Shown in pieces: positions 31,278 through 43,024 of a DNA stretch of 64,000 bases. Origin of the DNA: Obrimoposthia wandeli (lineage: Eukaryota); NCBI GenBank assembly GCA_977020255.1, contig CDROCS010000084.1, positions 1-64,000 of the forward strand. The letters are read 5' to 3'. The translations under genes were made by a program, and so were the position numbers. The notes below the pieces were generated by a model. That model saw only the letters and a list, made by a program, of their open reading frames with translations. It was not told the origin of the DNA and made no database searches. Position 1 is the first letter of the stretch. The number at the start of each line of letters is the position of its first letter.

Positions 31278-31478
31278 ATGCCATACATTAATGTAAAGAT
31301 TACCGATGAAGGTGTCACTAATGAACAAAAAAAAGCCATTATCAAGGGCTGTACCCAGCTAATGGTGGATGTATTAGATAAAAATCCGGCAACTACTTTT
31401 GTCGTTATAGATGAAGTTAATACAGACAACTGGGGCATTGGCTTCGATCAAGTAACTCAGTTGCGTAACCAGCGTTAA
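31278..31478 (+). CDS. 4-oxalocrotonate tautomerase family protein
   Basis: N-terminal Pro (MPYINVK), VVIDEV..DNWGIG. Confidence 0.92.
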   Translation: MPYINVKITDEGVTNEQKKAIIKGCTQLMVDVLDKNPATTFVVIDEVNTDNWGIGFDQVTQLRNQR

Positions 31479-31496
31479 CTTTACCTAATTAGTGCT

Positions 31497-31645
31497 CATC
31501 CTGAAACGGGGTCGTGGCGAGAGCGCCCCAATGATTCAAGATACGTACTACTAGATATGGGCGTTTGGTTATTCCAAACAACTAGATCTAGTCGTGAGTA
31601 GATTGAGTTAGTGAGGCGTTCGCAGTAGGCATCCGTTTCTGGATG
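31497..31645 (+). repeat. MITE-like family D, full-length
   Basis: TIR CATCCTGAAACGG/CCGTTTCTGGATG (12/13); second copy at 9181-9301. Confidence 0.75.
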
Positions 31646-31721
31646 GGTACTAATTATACATTGAGAGATTAATCCTATGACAACAAAATTTTTACTATCT
31701 GCGGCGGTAGCAGCAATAAAG

Positions 31722-31819
31722 ATTGGGCGGATAACGTTGTTGTGGACCCTGAGCTAATCACAGGGCAAAACCCTGCGTCAGCAAACGATGTCGCCACTGA
31801 GATTTTAAAGATGCTGTAA
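31722..31819 (+). pseudogene. C-terminal remnant of a class I glutamine amidotransferase-like (PfpI/HchA) gene
   Basis: DWADNVVVDPELITGQNPASA. Confidence 0.7.
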
Positions 31820-32175
31820 TGGCATTTTAGGCTACATACTGCTAACGCTGTGGATCTTTTAAATTTAACTGATATGTATGCTTTTCGATAGTTTGCATGT
31901 CAGATTCAGTTTTTAGGCCACATTTAAAAACTTGGTTACCATCATTTCAAAACAATTATGTAAACTTAGACCCTTATTTAAAATAGCATGATATCTGCCA
32001 GTAATTTTTTAGCTGGTAGTTCATCGCCTCTTCACTAAGGATTGAGTTTGCTGAGCTTTGAAGATATAAACCAAGTAGGGCGTCATGAGCATAATCAGGT
32101 AGGCCTGTAAATGCATTTTCATACTCTCGAACGTGAGTGACAAACGGCGAACCCCAACGGGTAAGTGCTACTGGG

Positions 32176-34371
32176 TCAATATTCGTTAATTTTTATATAC
32201 AATAATAGCTTATCTAAATCGAGGGGCTTCGAGTAATAGTAACCTTGAATAAGTTCACAACCTAGTTGTTGTAAAAAAGCTAATTGTTCTGCTGTTTCAA
32301 CCCCTTCTGATACGCAGTGCATTCCTAGGTTTTGACTCATTTTGATGATTGACTCAACTAAATAAAAAGCCTCATTATCGGGTGCGATATCTTGGATAAA
32401 TGATTTATCTATTTTTAGAATATCGAAAGGGAATTTCTTAAGGTAAGACAGCGAAGAATAACCAGTGCCGAAATCATCTAGCGCTAATTTAAAACCTATC
32501 TTCTTCAGTGTATTTAGTTTGAACTCTGCTAGAACAGGATCTTGCATCAATGAGCTTTCGGTGATTTCTATAATAATTAAATGAGAAGGTATATCAGCCT
32601 CTGCCGCAAGTTTGATAATAGTATCAACTTGTGCTTCGTCACGAAACTCCTCTGCGGAACGATTAATAGAAATTCCAATAGGTTTAGCTATTTTATGATT
32701 AATAATTGATAAATCGTGTAATGCTTGCACAGCAACTTGATAACCCAGTTTGTGAATCAACCCTGAATGTTCTGCTATAGGGATAAACTCAACTGGACTA
32801 ACTATTCCTAACTCTTTATCAGTCCAACGTGCTAGTGCTTCAATATATTTTATTTTACCTGATGCCCGATCGATAATTGGTTGGTATTTTACATCTATGT
32901 TTTGTTTGTCTAGGGTATCAGCTAAGCGTAATCTCACTTTCTGACGCCTCTCTGCTTTTATTCGCAATTCAGGTGTGAAAAATGAATAGTTAGATCCTCG
33001 TATGGCTTTTGCTACGGATAGTGCTTGATCAGCACAACTAAATAAATCTCGGCTATTACGACCGTCTGCCGGGTATACACTTATTCCAATGGAAGTATTA
33101 CAACGTAACCTCAATCCATTAAAAATAAAAGGGGAGTTGAGTTCCTTATAAATAGAGTCGGTAAGAGTATTAATTTCATTTATTTGTGTGAAACTGGTAA
33201 AAATTGCAAATTCATCCCCACCTATTCGAGCTAATATGCAGTTTTCAGAAATACAGCTGTTTAATCTTTTGGCCACTTTCTGTAACAAAGCATCACCAGT
33301 ATGATGTCCTTGAGTATTATTTACGGCTTTGAAATCATCAATACCGAGCAGGATAAAAGCGCCTAACTTTTGCTGCTTATGTAAATTGACCAAGCATTTA
33401 CGTAACTGTACATCCAGCTCATATCTGTTCAATAATTTAGTGAGTGGATCATGTTTAGCTTGATAGGATATTAGCGCTTGCGCTTCTTTTTCTCGACTAA
33501 TATCTCGGTGAATAGCAACGAAGTGCTTGGTATTGTTATTTTCATCAGGAATCTGGCTAATACTCGTCGATACTGGATATAAAGCTCCATCTTTGGTTCT
33601 ATTCCAAAAGTCGCCTTGCCAGTGTCCTTCTTTTAGTAATTGCTTCCATAAGGTTTTATAAAACTCATTACTTTGCTGATTGGAACTCAATTTACTAGGG
33701 TTGTTGCCTCGTAACTCGTCAAGCTGATAACCTGACATTTGTTCAAGGGAAGGATTCACGAATACGATATTATTATGCTTATCTGTTATTACAATGCCAT
33801 CTTTTGAAAAATCGTAAATTGATTGGGCAATGTTTAATTTATCATTTTTTTCTTGTAAATTTATGATCTCTTCTTTCAAGTAACGCTCGTACTTAATTCT
33901 TTCTAATTCACGTGAGGAGCGTTTAGCAATTGAATTAAATAAATGGGTGATTCTTTCTACTTCTTCTGTAAGAATCGGGGTTTTAAATAACGCTGATAGA
34001 ATGCCGATTACTTTCCCTGCTTCATCATTCAAAGCTATTCCAAGATAGCCCTCGATTGAAAGATCTTGAAGGAATCTGTCTGTGGGATAGTTTTTGATGA
34101 TATCACTAGTAACACAAAAGTTACCGGTGCATCGGAGGTCTTCGCAAGGAGTCCCTTTAAGTGGGTAACGAACTGGCGGAAAATAAAGGCCCTCACCCCA
34201 GAATGAAATAGTTTCTGCTTCTTTATCATCAATGACCCTAGCGACATAGGTATAATCAGCATTGATCAAATCACAAAGCTTTTTCAGCAGAACATTAAGA
34301 TATCCTTCTCCGCAGAGCTCACTTAATTCATCTAGGCTAAATACTATATTTTCATTTATCATTATGCCCAA
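32176..34371 (-). CDS. GAF-PAS-GGDEF-EAL protein
   Basis: YPLKGTPCE GAF, PAS, GGDEF, IEALARW, DDFGTGYSS. Confidence 0.94.
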   Translation of the reverse strand: MGIMINENIVFSLDELSELCGEGYLNVLLKKLCDLINADYTYVARVIDDKEAETISFWGEGLYFPPVRYPLKGTPCEDLRCTGNFCVTSDIIKNYPTDRFLQDLSIEGYLGIALNDEAGKVIGILSALFKTPILTEEVERITHLFNSIAKRSSRELERIKYERYLKEEIINLQEKNDKLNIAQSIYDFSKDGIVITDKHNNIVFVNPSLEQMSGYQLDELRGNNPSKLSSNQQSNEFYKTLWKQLLKEGHWQGDFWNRTKDGALYPVSTSISQIPDENNNTKHFVAIHRDISREKEAQALISYQAKHDPLTKLLNRYELDVQLRKCLVNLHKQQKLGAFILLGIDDFKAVNNTQGHHTGDALLQKVAKRLNSCISENCILARIGGDEFAIFTSFTQINEINTLTDSIYKELNSPFIFNGLRLRCNTSIGISVYPADGRNSRDLFSCADQALSVAKAIRGSNYSFFTPELRIKAERRQKVRLRLADTLDKQNIDVKYQPIIDRASGKIKYIEALARWTDKELGIVSPVEFIPIAEHSGLIHKLGYQVAVQALHDLSIINHKIAKPIGISINRSAEEFRDEAQVDTIIKLAAEADIPSHLIIIEITESSLMQDPVLAEFKLNTLKKIGFKLALDDFGTGYSSLSYLKKFPFDILKIDKSFIQDIAPDNEAFYLVESIIKMSQNLGMHCVSEGVETAEQLAFLQQLGCELIQGYYYSKPLDLDKLLLYIKINEY

Positions 34372-35228
34372 CGTTACAGTTCGGGTAGTAGATTAGTTTA
34401 GTTTATTAAATGCTGTAAACGGTTGATGTTAGAGGAATCAATAAATAATTATTAGCAAAGTAACTATAACTCAAGTCACAGAAAACCCCAAGCGCTAGGA
34501 ATTACTGTAAACCTATCTCAAATATAATGCTCCCAATATATGATTTTTATTAAGTTTAATAGTATTTCCTAGGCAGCCCCTAGATTCTCATAATAACCGA
34601 CACACTTGGTAATAGGCTAGAGAGCTTGCTAGCGATCGGTTAAAAGATTTTTTGATAAGCTTTAGCACTTTTAGCAGCGTGTCCTGGATGAGAAGGCCAA
34701 CGAATTACTGCGACGATGCTATCCAAAAGGGATGAAGACATGCGCGTTCATCTAAACGAGTATTGGCACAACTTAGAAATAACATGCGCTATAGAAAGGT
34801 ACTAAACTATTTGTTCACGTATTAATTTTTAGCGGGGTAAGTGTGTGCTGTTCATGTTATGCATCTCTGCTTTGATGCGTTTTATCTGGGTTTTGAAAGA
34901 TTATCAATAAACGCCTGTTTCCATTGCCTAACTTGTTGAGGGAGCCGTATTCCTGGTAATGCAGACTGAAGTGGCTGTTTCAAATACATATGTAAGGCTT
35001 TACTCAGAAGAATGCTGTGTAGTGGGCATCGTCATATCCTAGTTGGAGAATATGCTGTAGTTACTCAATAGACCCTAAATGCTATTAATTTAAGAGTTGA
35101 CAGTCATTTTGCCGTAAAACTAACTCTGCAACGTTTATCATTAAGCTGCATGCTCGATAAGTTGACAACACCGATTGAATACCTCAATATTTTAATTCAA
35201 ATTGTTTGAGTAAAATTTATCTTAACCT

Positions 35229-35963
35229 ATGATCATTCTGGAGATTTTGATGCCCCGCTCTTTTACTTTACTCATATTACTATGTATAAATTCATTCAAT
35301 CTAGCTGCTAATGAAATAGAAATCAGAACAATAGACATCTCTCCTTACGGAATTGATAGCAATGGAGAGCTAAGTGGTGTCTATTACGATTTGGCTAACC
35401 TACTTTTTAGCAAAGAGGATAAAATTAACCATTCGATTTACCCTTATGCTAGGATCGTTTATGAACTTAAGGCAGGGCATACCGATTTAACAATCATGTT
35501 CAAATATAAAGAACTAGCAAACTATGTCACCTATATCACACCTTTGCCACCGCTGCAGAATGTAGTTGTAGGAATTAGCGGAACAAATGCTACTTCAATT
35601 GATGATTTAGAAGGAAGAAGCATTGCCTACCTTCGAGGTGCTCACTTTAGTAATGAAATTGAGAATAACTCATCAATTACCCTGTACAGAACTAAAAATT
35701 TCAAGAGAAGCGTAGAGATGCTAATTGCAGGAAGGGTGGATGCAGTGATTGGTCCGTTTGAGGCATTGCAAATGGCTGCGAAAAGCTTAGGAAAAAGCAA
35801 AGGTTTTTTTGGTGAAGCGTTGATTGTTTCAGAACGTACCCCTTGGTTGCAAATATCAAATAAAAGCAAGTATAAGTTTGATATAATTGCGCTAGAAGAA
35901 CAATTTACTAGAATAATTAAAAACAACAAATTAGAGCAGCTAAAGAAAAACTACTTACCATAA
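35229..35963 (+). CDS. Periplasmic substrate-binding protein (family 3-like), upstream of sensor gene
   Basis: Signal peptide, SPYG...GVYYDL, YPYARI, GRVDAV. Confidence 0.85.
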   Translation: MIILEILMPRSFTLLILLCINSFNLAANEIEIRTIDISPYGIDSNGELSGVYYDLANLLFSKEDKINHSIYPYARIVYELKAGHTDLTIMFKYKELANYVTYITPLPPLQNVVVGISGTNATSIDDLEGRSIAYLRGAHFSNEIENNSSITLYRTKNFKRSVEMLIAGRVDAVIGPFEALQMAAKSLGKSKGFFGEALIVSERTPWLQISNKSKYKFDIIALEEQFTRIIKNNKLEQLKKNYLP

Positions 35964-35994
35964 AAAACGCTATAGGTTGGAAAACAAATAAATT

Positions 35995-38788
35995 ATGGTT
36001 AGATTATTTTATAGTCAATTGGCTAAAAAAATGACAGTTTTTGTTATTTTAATTAGCACTTTCTTTGCTTTATTTAGTGCTGCCTTTCAGGTTTATTTTG
36101 AATATAAAAAGGAAGTAGGTATTGTTTATTTAGAGCTAGAGCAGATTGAAAAAACACATTTAGCTAACATAACATCGCAAGTTTGGTTACTTGAGAATGA
36201 TGGACTTTTGGTCGTTGTTCAAGGTTTGTTAGATCTTCCCAATATTAAATATATTGCTATACATTCAGAAAAAAACATAATATTGGAAAGAGGAAAAGAT
36301 GGTTCAGATAATATTATTGTTAAAGATTTTCCGTTAATTCATATACATAATGGTGAATCAAAGATAATCGGTAAAGTGGTGATTAAGGCAACATTAGATA
36401 ATATTTATCAAAATGTTATAGATAGAGCTTTACTAATAATTCTAATAAATACTATCAAAACATTCATCGTTTCTTTTTTGATCTTATTAGTTTTTTATCG
36501 TTTTGTATCACGACATTTAAATGACATAGCCAATTTTGTCCAACAAATAGATATTAATTCTTTTGAAGGTAAATTTTCATATGACCGCAAAGAAAACTCA
36601 CCAAAGTCACAGGATGAGTTAGATATTTTAAATACCACAATTTTCAAAATACTGAATAAATTAGGCGTAACAACTAAAGAACTCATTATTAGAGAAGAAG
36701 AATTAAAAGAAAAGATTAGCACTATTGTTGATGCTTTAGAAAAATTGAAAAAAAGCGAACAAAAATTAAAACTAGCTGCCAGTGTATTTACTCACGCTCG
36801 AGAAGGAATCGCCATCACTGATACTACCGGCACTATCATTGATGTAAATGATACCTTTACAACCACAACTGGCTATAGCCGCGATGAGGTTATAGGAAAA
36901 AACCCCCGTATGTTTCAATCTGGACGGCAAACACCTGAGTTCTATGCCAATATGTGGCAATGCCTACTGAAAGAAGGTTGTTGGTACGGAGAGCTTTGGA
37001 ACAAGCGCAAAAATGGCGAAGTGTATGTTGAAATGAAAACCATTAGTGCAGTACATGACGAACAAGGAGCCACTACCCATTATGTTGCCTTAGGTAACGA
37101 CATCACACAAATAAAAGAACATCAAGAGCAATTAGAGCGAATTGCCCATTATGACTTACTGACAAACCTACCCAATCGAGTATTGCTAGCAGATCGAATA
37201 TCTCAAGCCATGTTGCAGTGTAGCCGTCACGGGCAATCACTTGCTGTTGTATTTCTTGATTTAGACGGCTTTAAAGCCGTTAATGATGCCTATGGACATG
37301 ATATGGGTGATGAATTGTTGGTTGCACTATCAACTCGTATGAAAGAAGCTTTACGTGAGGGTGATAGTTTAGCCCGGATTGGCGGGGATGAATTTGTTGC
37401 CGTTTTAACCGCATGACTTTGTGGGTATTCAACGAAATTCACACCATGTTTTCCAGATTAATGTATCATTTTTGTTTGGATTCCAAAGTATCGCCATAAA
37501 GTATTTGTTCAGCCATTTAGAGCTGATCTTAAAGCAATTATCCGGATATGACTACGATAGAAATTATAGAGCGATACCAGTTGATATATTCATATGGTAG
37601 TACGAACAGATCGCACCATCTCACAAGTCATCGGCTCGGGGAGTTTTTTCGATTACACCCCGCTATAAAAAGAAGTATTTCTGTCAATTATTTCGTGGAA
37701 ACAATTGGAAATATTGTGATTAAATAGTAAGCAATCGGTCAGCTGACTTAACAAATATTGATGACTGTGAACCGATTTTAGAGCGATTACTATTAGCCGT
37801 CTCAAACTCTATCACTGTCAATGATATTGTATTAAATATCTCAGCAAGTATCGGTGTCACTCTCTACCCTGAAGACAACGTGGATGTAGATCTACTCATG
37901 CGCCATGCCGACCAAGCCATGTATGTTGCTAAAGGATCAGGTAAGAATCGTTATCACTTGTTTGATACGGCTCAAGATGACGCGGTTAAATTACACCGCG
38001 AAAGCCTAGAAGCGATTCAGAGCGCATTGGATAACGATCAATTTGTACTCTATTATCAGCCTAAGGTTAATATGAAAACGGGTACAGTGACGGGTGTTGA
38101 GGCGCTTATTCGCTGGCAGCATCCAGAGCGAGGGCTATTAAGTCCAATTGAATTTTTGCCGGTAATTGAAAATAATCCTATGATGATTGAGATGGGTGAG
38201 TGGATTATTGATACGGCACTGGCACAAATTAGCCAATGGCAAACGATGGAGCTAGACATACCCGTAAGTACCAGTGTAAATATAGCTGCAGTACAATTAC
38301 AGCAGCCTAACTTCTCACAGAGGCTAGCAGTACTGTTAGCCGCCCATCCCGATGTCGAACCACACCATTTAGAACTAGAAGTACTCGAAACAAGTGCCTT
38401 AGATGACGTATACCAGGTCTCAACAATCATGAAAGACTGTATGGCGCTGGGCGTAAGCTTTGCCCTAGATGATTTTGGCACAGGCTACTCATCTCTCACT
38501 TACCTGAGACGGTTACCAGCAAGTTTAATTAAGATAGACCAAACCTTTGTACGTGACATGCTGAATGACCCGGATGATTTAGCCATTGTTGAGGGCGTGA
38601 TAGCTTTAGCTAAATCTTTTAAACGGGATGTGATTGCTGAAGGGGTTGAAACGATTGAACATAGCACTGCGCTGTTAGAACTAGGTTGTGAATTAGCACA
38701 AGGTTACGGCATTGCCAGACCGATGCCGGGGGACAGTATTCCAGCGTGGATAAGTGAGTGGAAGCCAGATGTGAGTTGGAAGGTCTGA
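35995..38788 (+). pseudogene. TM/HAMP-PAS-GGDEF-EAL gene split by IS200-like insert (ORFs 35995-37416 and 37880-38788)
   Basis: Removing 37408-37741 restores GGDEFVAVL-ADLTNIDDCEPILERLL in frame, giving an 819-aa ORF. Confidence 0.9.
37408..37741 (+). mobile_element. IS200-like copy B, deletion-riddled, inside GGDEF domain
   Basis: TTTA|ACCGCA left junction; tnpA sequence blocks colinear with 61241-61791. Confidence 0.88.
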
Positions 38789-39406
38789 ATAATCTTTAGA
38801 ACGACTTAAATACATCAGCCTCGAAGTTATACCCGTTTAATTCCTAGTTTACCCATTCAAAACATTAGCTGATGACGTAGCTAAGTTGTTAGATATACCA
38901 GTAATTTGCAAAGAAGAAAGTAATCACAACTTACCATCATTGTATTCAGAAGATTTAACGTTAATTTCATTGTTGATGTTATGTAATATCACCAAATATG
39001 GGAAGTAATTGGTGAAAACTAAATTCAAATTGACTATTATCAGTGCCCAGAAAAATGCATTGTAACATTGTTGTGAATAAGCTCTAGGCTTTGCAGTACA
39101 GGGCTTTAAGGTTGTCTACGTTTTAACTACATAGGTACTGAGGCCTTTAACAACAATATAGTTAACTGCTTAAAATAAAGTTTTTAACCTTTTTATTTTA
39201 TAGGTAAATCTATTATTATTTTAGCGCTTCAACGGGAAGGCCTTATTGCAACGGAATCAGTTTCTAACTGTATAAAGTCAATAGATTATATGATGTTCAT
39301 AGTAATGACATAAATGTAAAAGATATTTAAAGTATAAGCTCGAGGCATTAAAACTAGATGCCCTTGTCTGGGTATATTTATTGATGAACAATCTAGGAAT
39401 AAAATT

Positions 39407-39727
39407 ATGACGAACATTGTGAAAGGTCATGTCTGGCATGACGAAGACATAGTTGGCGTAGACCATAAAAATGCAGATGACCCAGCTTTCGAAACTATTT
39501 TCATCGATATGGGTGACGAGGGCTCTGTTATACTTAATAGAGCAGATGTCATCATGTTAGCTCAGCAATTTGGTATAAAAGTAGTCGAAGGGTTCTCTCC
39601 GAAAATACTGACAGAGCAGCTAGATAAGGCATACTTCATCGCTAAAGAAGCAGGTCTAAGTACAAATGGTATCAACAGTGCGGAAAACACCGTTGTTGAT
39701 ATAGAGAAGATGTTAGCCAAAGGGTAG
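39407..39727 (+). CDS. Hypothetical protein, 106 aa
   Basis: AGGA SD, intact ORF, no motif recognised. Confidence 0.65.
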   Translation: MTNIVKGHVWHDEDIVGVDHKNADDPAFETIFIDMGDEGSVILNRADVIMLAQQFGIKVVEGFSPKILTEQLDKAYFIAKEAGLSTNGINSAENTVVDIEKMLAKG

Positions 39728-40041
39728 TTATACGAAGAGGGAGCAAAAGAGGGATATCGGCAGAAGAGTTATCCTCATAAACGTTAACTACTTGTTAATT
39801 GTTATGAGAGTAATCAATAATTTGGAAGTTAGGTAGATAATAAGGCGCCCAGCAATTCTATTGATCATTTTACTCTGTGTTATTGATAGAAACACCCTGC
39901 AAGAGAGATTATTTTATTGATTGTATTGAAATTAAATGCAGCAGAGCGGGGAAGTTTGCTGCATAAGTGAATTGCACTCTTATAAATAAAAAAGCCCCTA
40001 TGCTATCAGCATAGGAGCATTCATTATTTAATACTTAGCAC

Positions 40042-41463
40042 TCAATTGTTTTTATTAGCGGTCTCTGAAGCGATTTTCTTAACGCTGCGTTTATCTATTT
40101 CAGTATCGACTAAGTTGTACCAATCAATATGGCGAGTAAAGATCATCATTAATGCCAAAGTGATAAAAGTTAATAAAGTACCCATCAGTAAAGCAAAATC
40201 TTCTGCACTGATAATCACATAGAGAACGGCGTATAATACACAGAGTAACGCGGCAAAGAAAAACGCATCTTTTACGCTTTGCAGCACATAGCGTAAGTAA
40301 TAAAAGAGTAAGCTAATGCAACAAAACGAAGCGATCGCATATGCGGCAGAAAAAGCGATATGCTCAGACAGTGAAATCAACAGCAAGTAAAAAATAGCAA
40401 TTGATAAGCCGACTAACGTGTATTGGATCGCGTGAATAGGTAGCTTTTTAGTGACTTCAAAAATAAAGAAAGCGATAAAACTAAGTCCGATGAATAGCAC
40501 TCCATATTTTACTGAGCGTTCGGCTTGTACATAAATGCTTACCGGCTCTATTTGCTTTACTCCAAAGCTGGTGCTGAATAACTCATTGCAATTACCACGA
40601 GCGCATTGGTTTAATTTACCTTGAATATTACTGGCAAAAGAAGAGACTTGCCACTGAGCTTGATAACCGTCTTCGCTGATTTGGCGATCAGCGGGTAAAA
40701 AATTTCCAATAAATTCAGGGTGTGCCCAGTTGGAGTTAACAGAGATTTCACTCTGAGCGGAGACGGGAATAAAACTAATTCTCTCCATGCCGCGCAGTTT
40801 CATTTTATAGGAAAACTCGATGGCTCCTTTGCCACTTTTGCTTACTGTTTCTGGTTGACGAAGTGCCGATATTGGTAGTATGGCATGTAAGCCGTTGCTA
40901 TTGGCTTTTAGCCGGCTACCAGGAGCAAAAGGAATGCTTTTCTCATTCCAGCGCAGTATTGGTGCATTACCGATACCACGGGCATCAGACACCATTGATG
41001 AAACATAAGGAGCTGAAAAACGCTTGAAATCGGTGCTGTTTTCGATGCTTTTTAAGTGTTCTTGAATAGCTTGTTGATCGAATTGTCCCTTCACAGATAC
41101 TTGTGCATTATAAACCGGTACTTGGTAGATACCTTTATAGCGCATGCTGGTATCTAAACTAGCATCAACGGTTAGGTTTTTTGCCAATACCAGCACCATT
41201 TTGTTATGCCGTTCAGTATTGACTTTGTAGCTCTCACTTTTACCGTCATAGTACTGAGTATTTTTTTCTGTGACATAAGGTATCACTAATATTGGTGTTA
41301 TTAGGCGCTGTGCACCGGTCCAGCTTTGCGCCACACTGTGCTTGGCATCTTGAAGGTAGCTTTGGCGTTCGTAAATTTTTTCGCTAATCATCAGTAGGGG
41401 AATCATCAACAAGGTGCCGATGACAAAGATAACTATTATTTTCAAGCTCAATTTTTTTTGCAT
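40042..41463 (-). CDS. creD: Inner membrane protein CreD
   Basis: SWTGAQ, AHPEFIGNFLP, ERSVKYGVLFIGLSF, HAIQYTLVGL, LLLISLSEHI, RHIDWY. Confidence 0.95.
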   Translation of the reverse strand: MQKKLSLKIIVIFVIGTLLMIPLLMISEKIYERQSYLQDAKHSVAQSWTGAQRLITPILVIPYVTEKNTQYYDGKSESYKVNTERHNKMVLVLAKNLTVDASLDTSMRYKGIYQVPVYNAQVSVKGQFDQQAIQEHLKSIENSTDFKRFSAPYVSSMVSDARGIGNAPILRWNEKSIPFAPGSRLKANSNGLHAILPISALRQPETVSKSGKGAIEFSYKMKLRGMERISFIPVSAQSEISVNSNWAHPEFIGNFLPADRQISEDGYQAQWQVSSFASNIQGKLNQCARGNCNELFSTSFGVKQIEPVSIYVQAERSVKYGVLFIGLSFIAFFIFEVTKKLPIHAIQYTLVGLSIAIFYLLLISLSEHIAFSAAYAIASFCCISLLFYYLRYVLQSVKDAFFFAALLCVLYAVLYVIISAEDFALLMGTLLTFITLALMMIFTRHIDWYNLVDTEIDKRSVKKIASETANKNN

Positions 41464-41580
41464 AACAATCTCCGTCTCTTAATGGGTATTGCTGCAGTGT
41501 AAATGGGTTATGTCGAACTAATATGTGCGGTTTGTGTTAATTGTGTGTAATTGCAAAAAAGCACTCACAGCGCTTGAAAG

Positions 41581-43005
41581 CTACTTTCGAGCTAGTTTTA
41601 AACAGGCACTAACTCCTCCTTCATGGTGATTGTTTAGTTTTATCTCACCGCGATGTAGTAAGCAGATTTGTTGAACAAAACAAAGGCCTAGGCCGCTACT
41701 TTTAGCGGTACTTGCAGGGCGCGGCAGTGAATAAAATCGTTCGAAAATTTTACCCAATGCATAGTCCGGTATTCCTACACCCCAATCTTTGACGGTAATA
41801 TCTAAGGTGTCGTTTTGCGCGATAGTAATTTTAATTGTGCCTCCTTGACCGCTAAAATCCAAAGCGTTTTGTATTAAATTATCGAGTGCTTGAGTGAGTA
41901 AAAAATTGTCAGCTTCGATTTTTCCCACCGCTGCAAAGTCCTTTTCAATCTGGATTGATTTCTTTGCAAGTTGCAGCGCTTTACTGGCGAGTACTTTTTC
42001 GACTAATTCTACAGAATCAACGGGTCCTAGCTGAGCCAGTGCTTCGCACTTTTCCAGCTTAGTGAGTTGCAGCATTTTATTGATCATTTCATCGATTCGT
42101 TCGATTTCAGTGCGGATGTTAGCGATAAAATGATTGCGATCAGCGCTGGGCATTTGATCGTCGATAATTTCCGCCGCCCCTTTAATGGCGGAGACAGGGC
42201 TTTTTAATTCGTGGGTTAGGGCGTATACATATTTTTCGACATACTCTTTACCCTCCAATTGTTGACGCATATTATCCATAGACTGTGCTAGTTTTGCTAA
42301 CTCGCGCTCACCCAGCGGTGGGGGAGCTATCACTTCACCTGCAGCGACTTGATCAGCGTATTTGGTTAGCTTACGAATTGAAGCAGTTAACCAGTAAGAA
42401 AGCACCAGGGCGGCGATAATAGAGAGTAAAACGAGTATCACACCGCGCGTTTCAATTTTTTGTCGTGCCATATTGATAAAAGGCTGTAGCGATAGATTAG
42501 TTTTTGCGACGGTTACTGTCCCTATAATTTTCCCTTGATCGACAATTGGTGCTGCCACGTGCATTACAGTAGTGGTAGGGTCATCAGCGGCAGCCGGGGT
42601 TGATCTGGCGCCGTACTTACCACGCAGTGTAAGGTAGACATCATTCCACTGTGAATAATCTGCGCCCAAGGCTAAATTAGCAGAGTCAAACTGGACAATC
42701 CCCTGAGCATCTGTGATGTAAATGCGTATTGAGCTATCATATTTTTCAACCGCGAAGATTTTAGCGCGATAACTGCGGGCTAAAAAGCGTTCAATTTGCT
42801 GTTTAAAATCACCGCTTTGTAAGCGCTGTCGTTGTAAGTCTTCAGCGACAATCTCAGCCAATAGGTTAGACATATCTACTAAAGTATCTTCCGTTGATTG
42901 GCGCACGCCGGGTTTAATCTCCGACATAAACACATTGAGCATCATATAGATAGCAATGCCTAAAATGGCAAAGTAAGCAAGAAAGATGCGAGTAGATAGA
43001 TTCAT
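41581..43005 (-). CDS. creC: Sensor histidine kinase CreC
   Basis: IYITDAQGIVQFDS, DYSQWNDVYLTLRGKYGARST, THELKSP. Confidence 0.95.
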   Translation of the reverse strand: MNLSTRIFLAYFAILGIAIYMMLNVFMSEIKPGVRQSTEDTLVDMSNLLAEIVAEDLQRQRLQSGDFKQQIERFLARSYRAKIFAVEKYDSSIRIYITDAQGIVQFDSANLALGADYSQWNDVYLTLRGKYGARSTPAAADDPTTTVMHVAAPIVDQGKIIGTVTVAKTNLSLQPFINMARQKIETRGVILVLLSIIAALVLSYWLTASIRKLTKYADQVAAGEVIAPPPLGERELAKLAQSMDNMRQQLEGKEYVEKYVYALTHELKSPVSAIKGAAEIIDDQMPSADRNHFIANIRTEIERIDEMINKMLQLTKLEKCEALAQLGPVDSVELVEKVLASKALQLAKKSIQIEKDFAAVGKIEADNFLLTQALDNLIQNALDFSGQGGTIKITIAQNDTLDITVKDWGVGIPDYALGKIFERFYSLPRPASTAKSSGLGLCFVQQICLLHRGEIKLNNHHEGGVSACLKLARK

Positions 43006-43024
43006 GTTTGAGTTCTCTGTATGG

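Noticed and set aside
31970-32180. ~70-codon open frame continuing past the 32176 gene
   Set aside because: No start codon (ACG) and no recognisable motif.
34860-35030. Possible IS3-like orfA remnant on minus strand (QVRQWKQAFID)
   Set aside because: Too short and degenerate; no IR or integrase part recognised.
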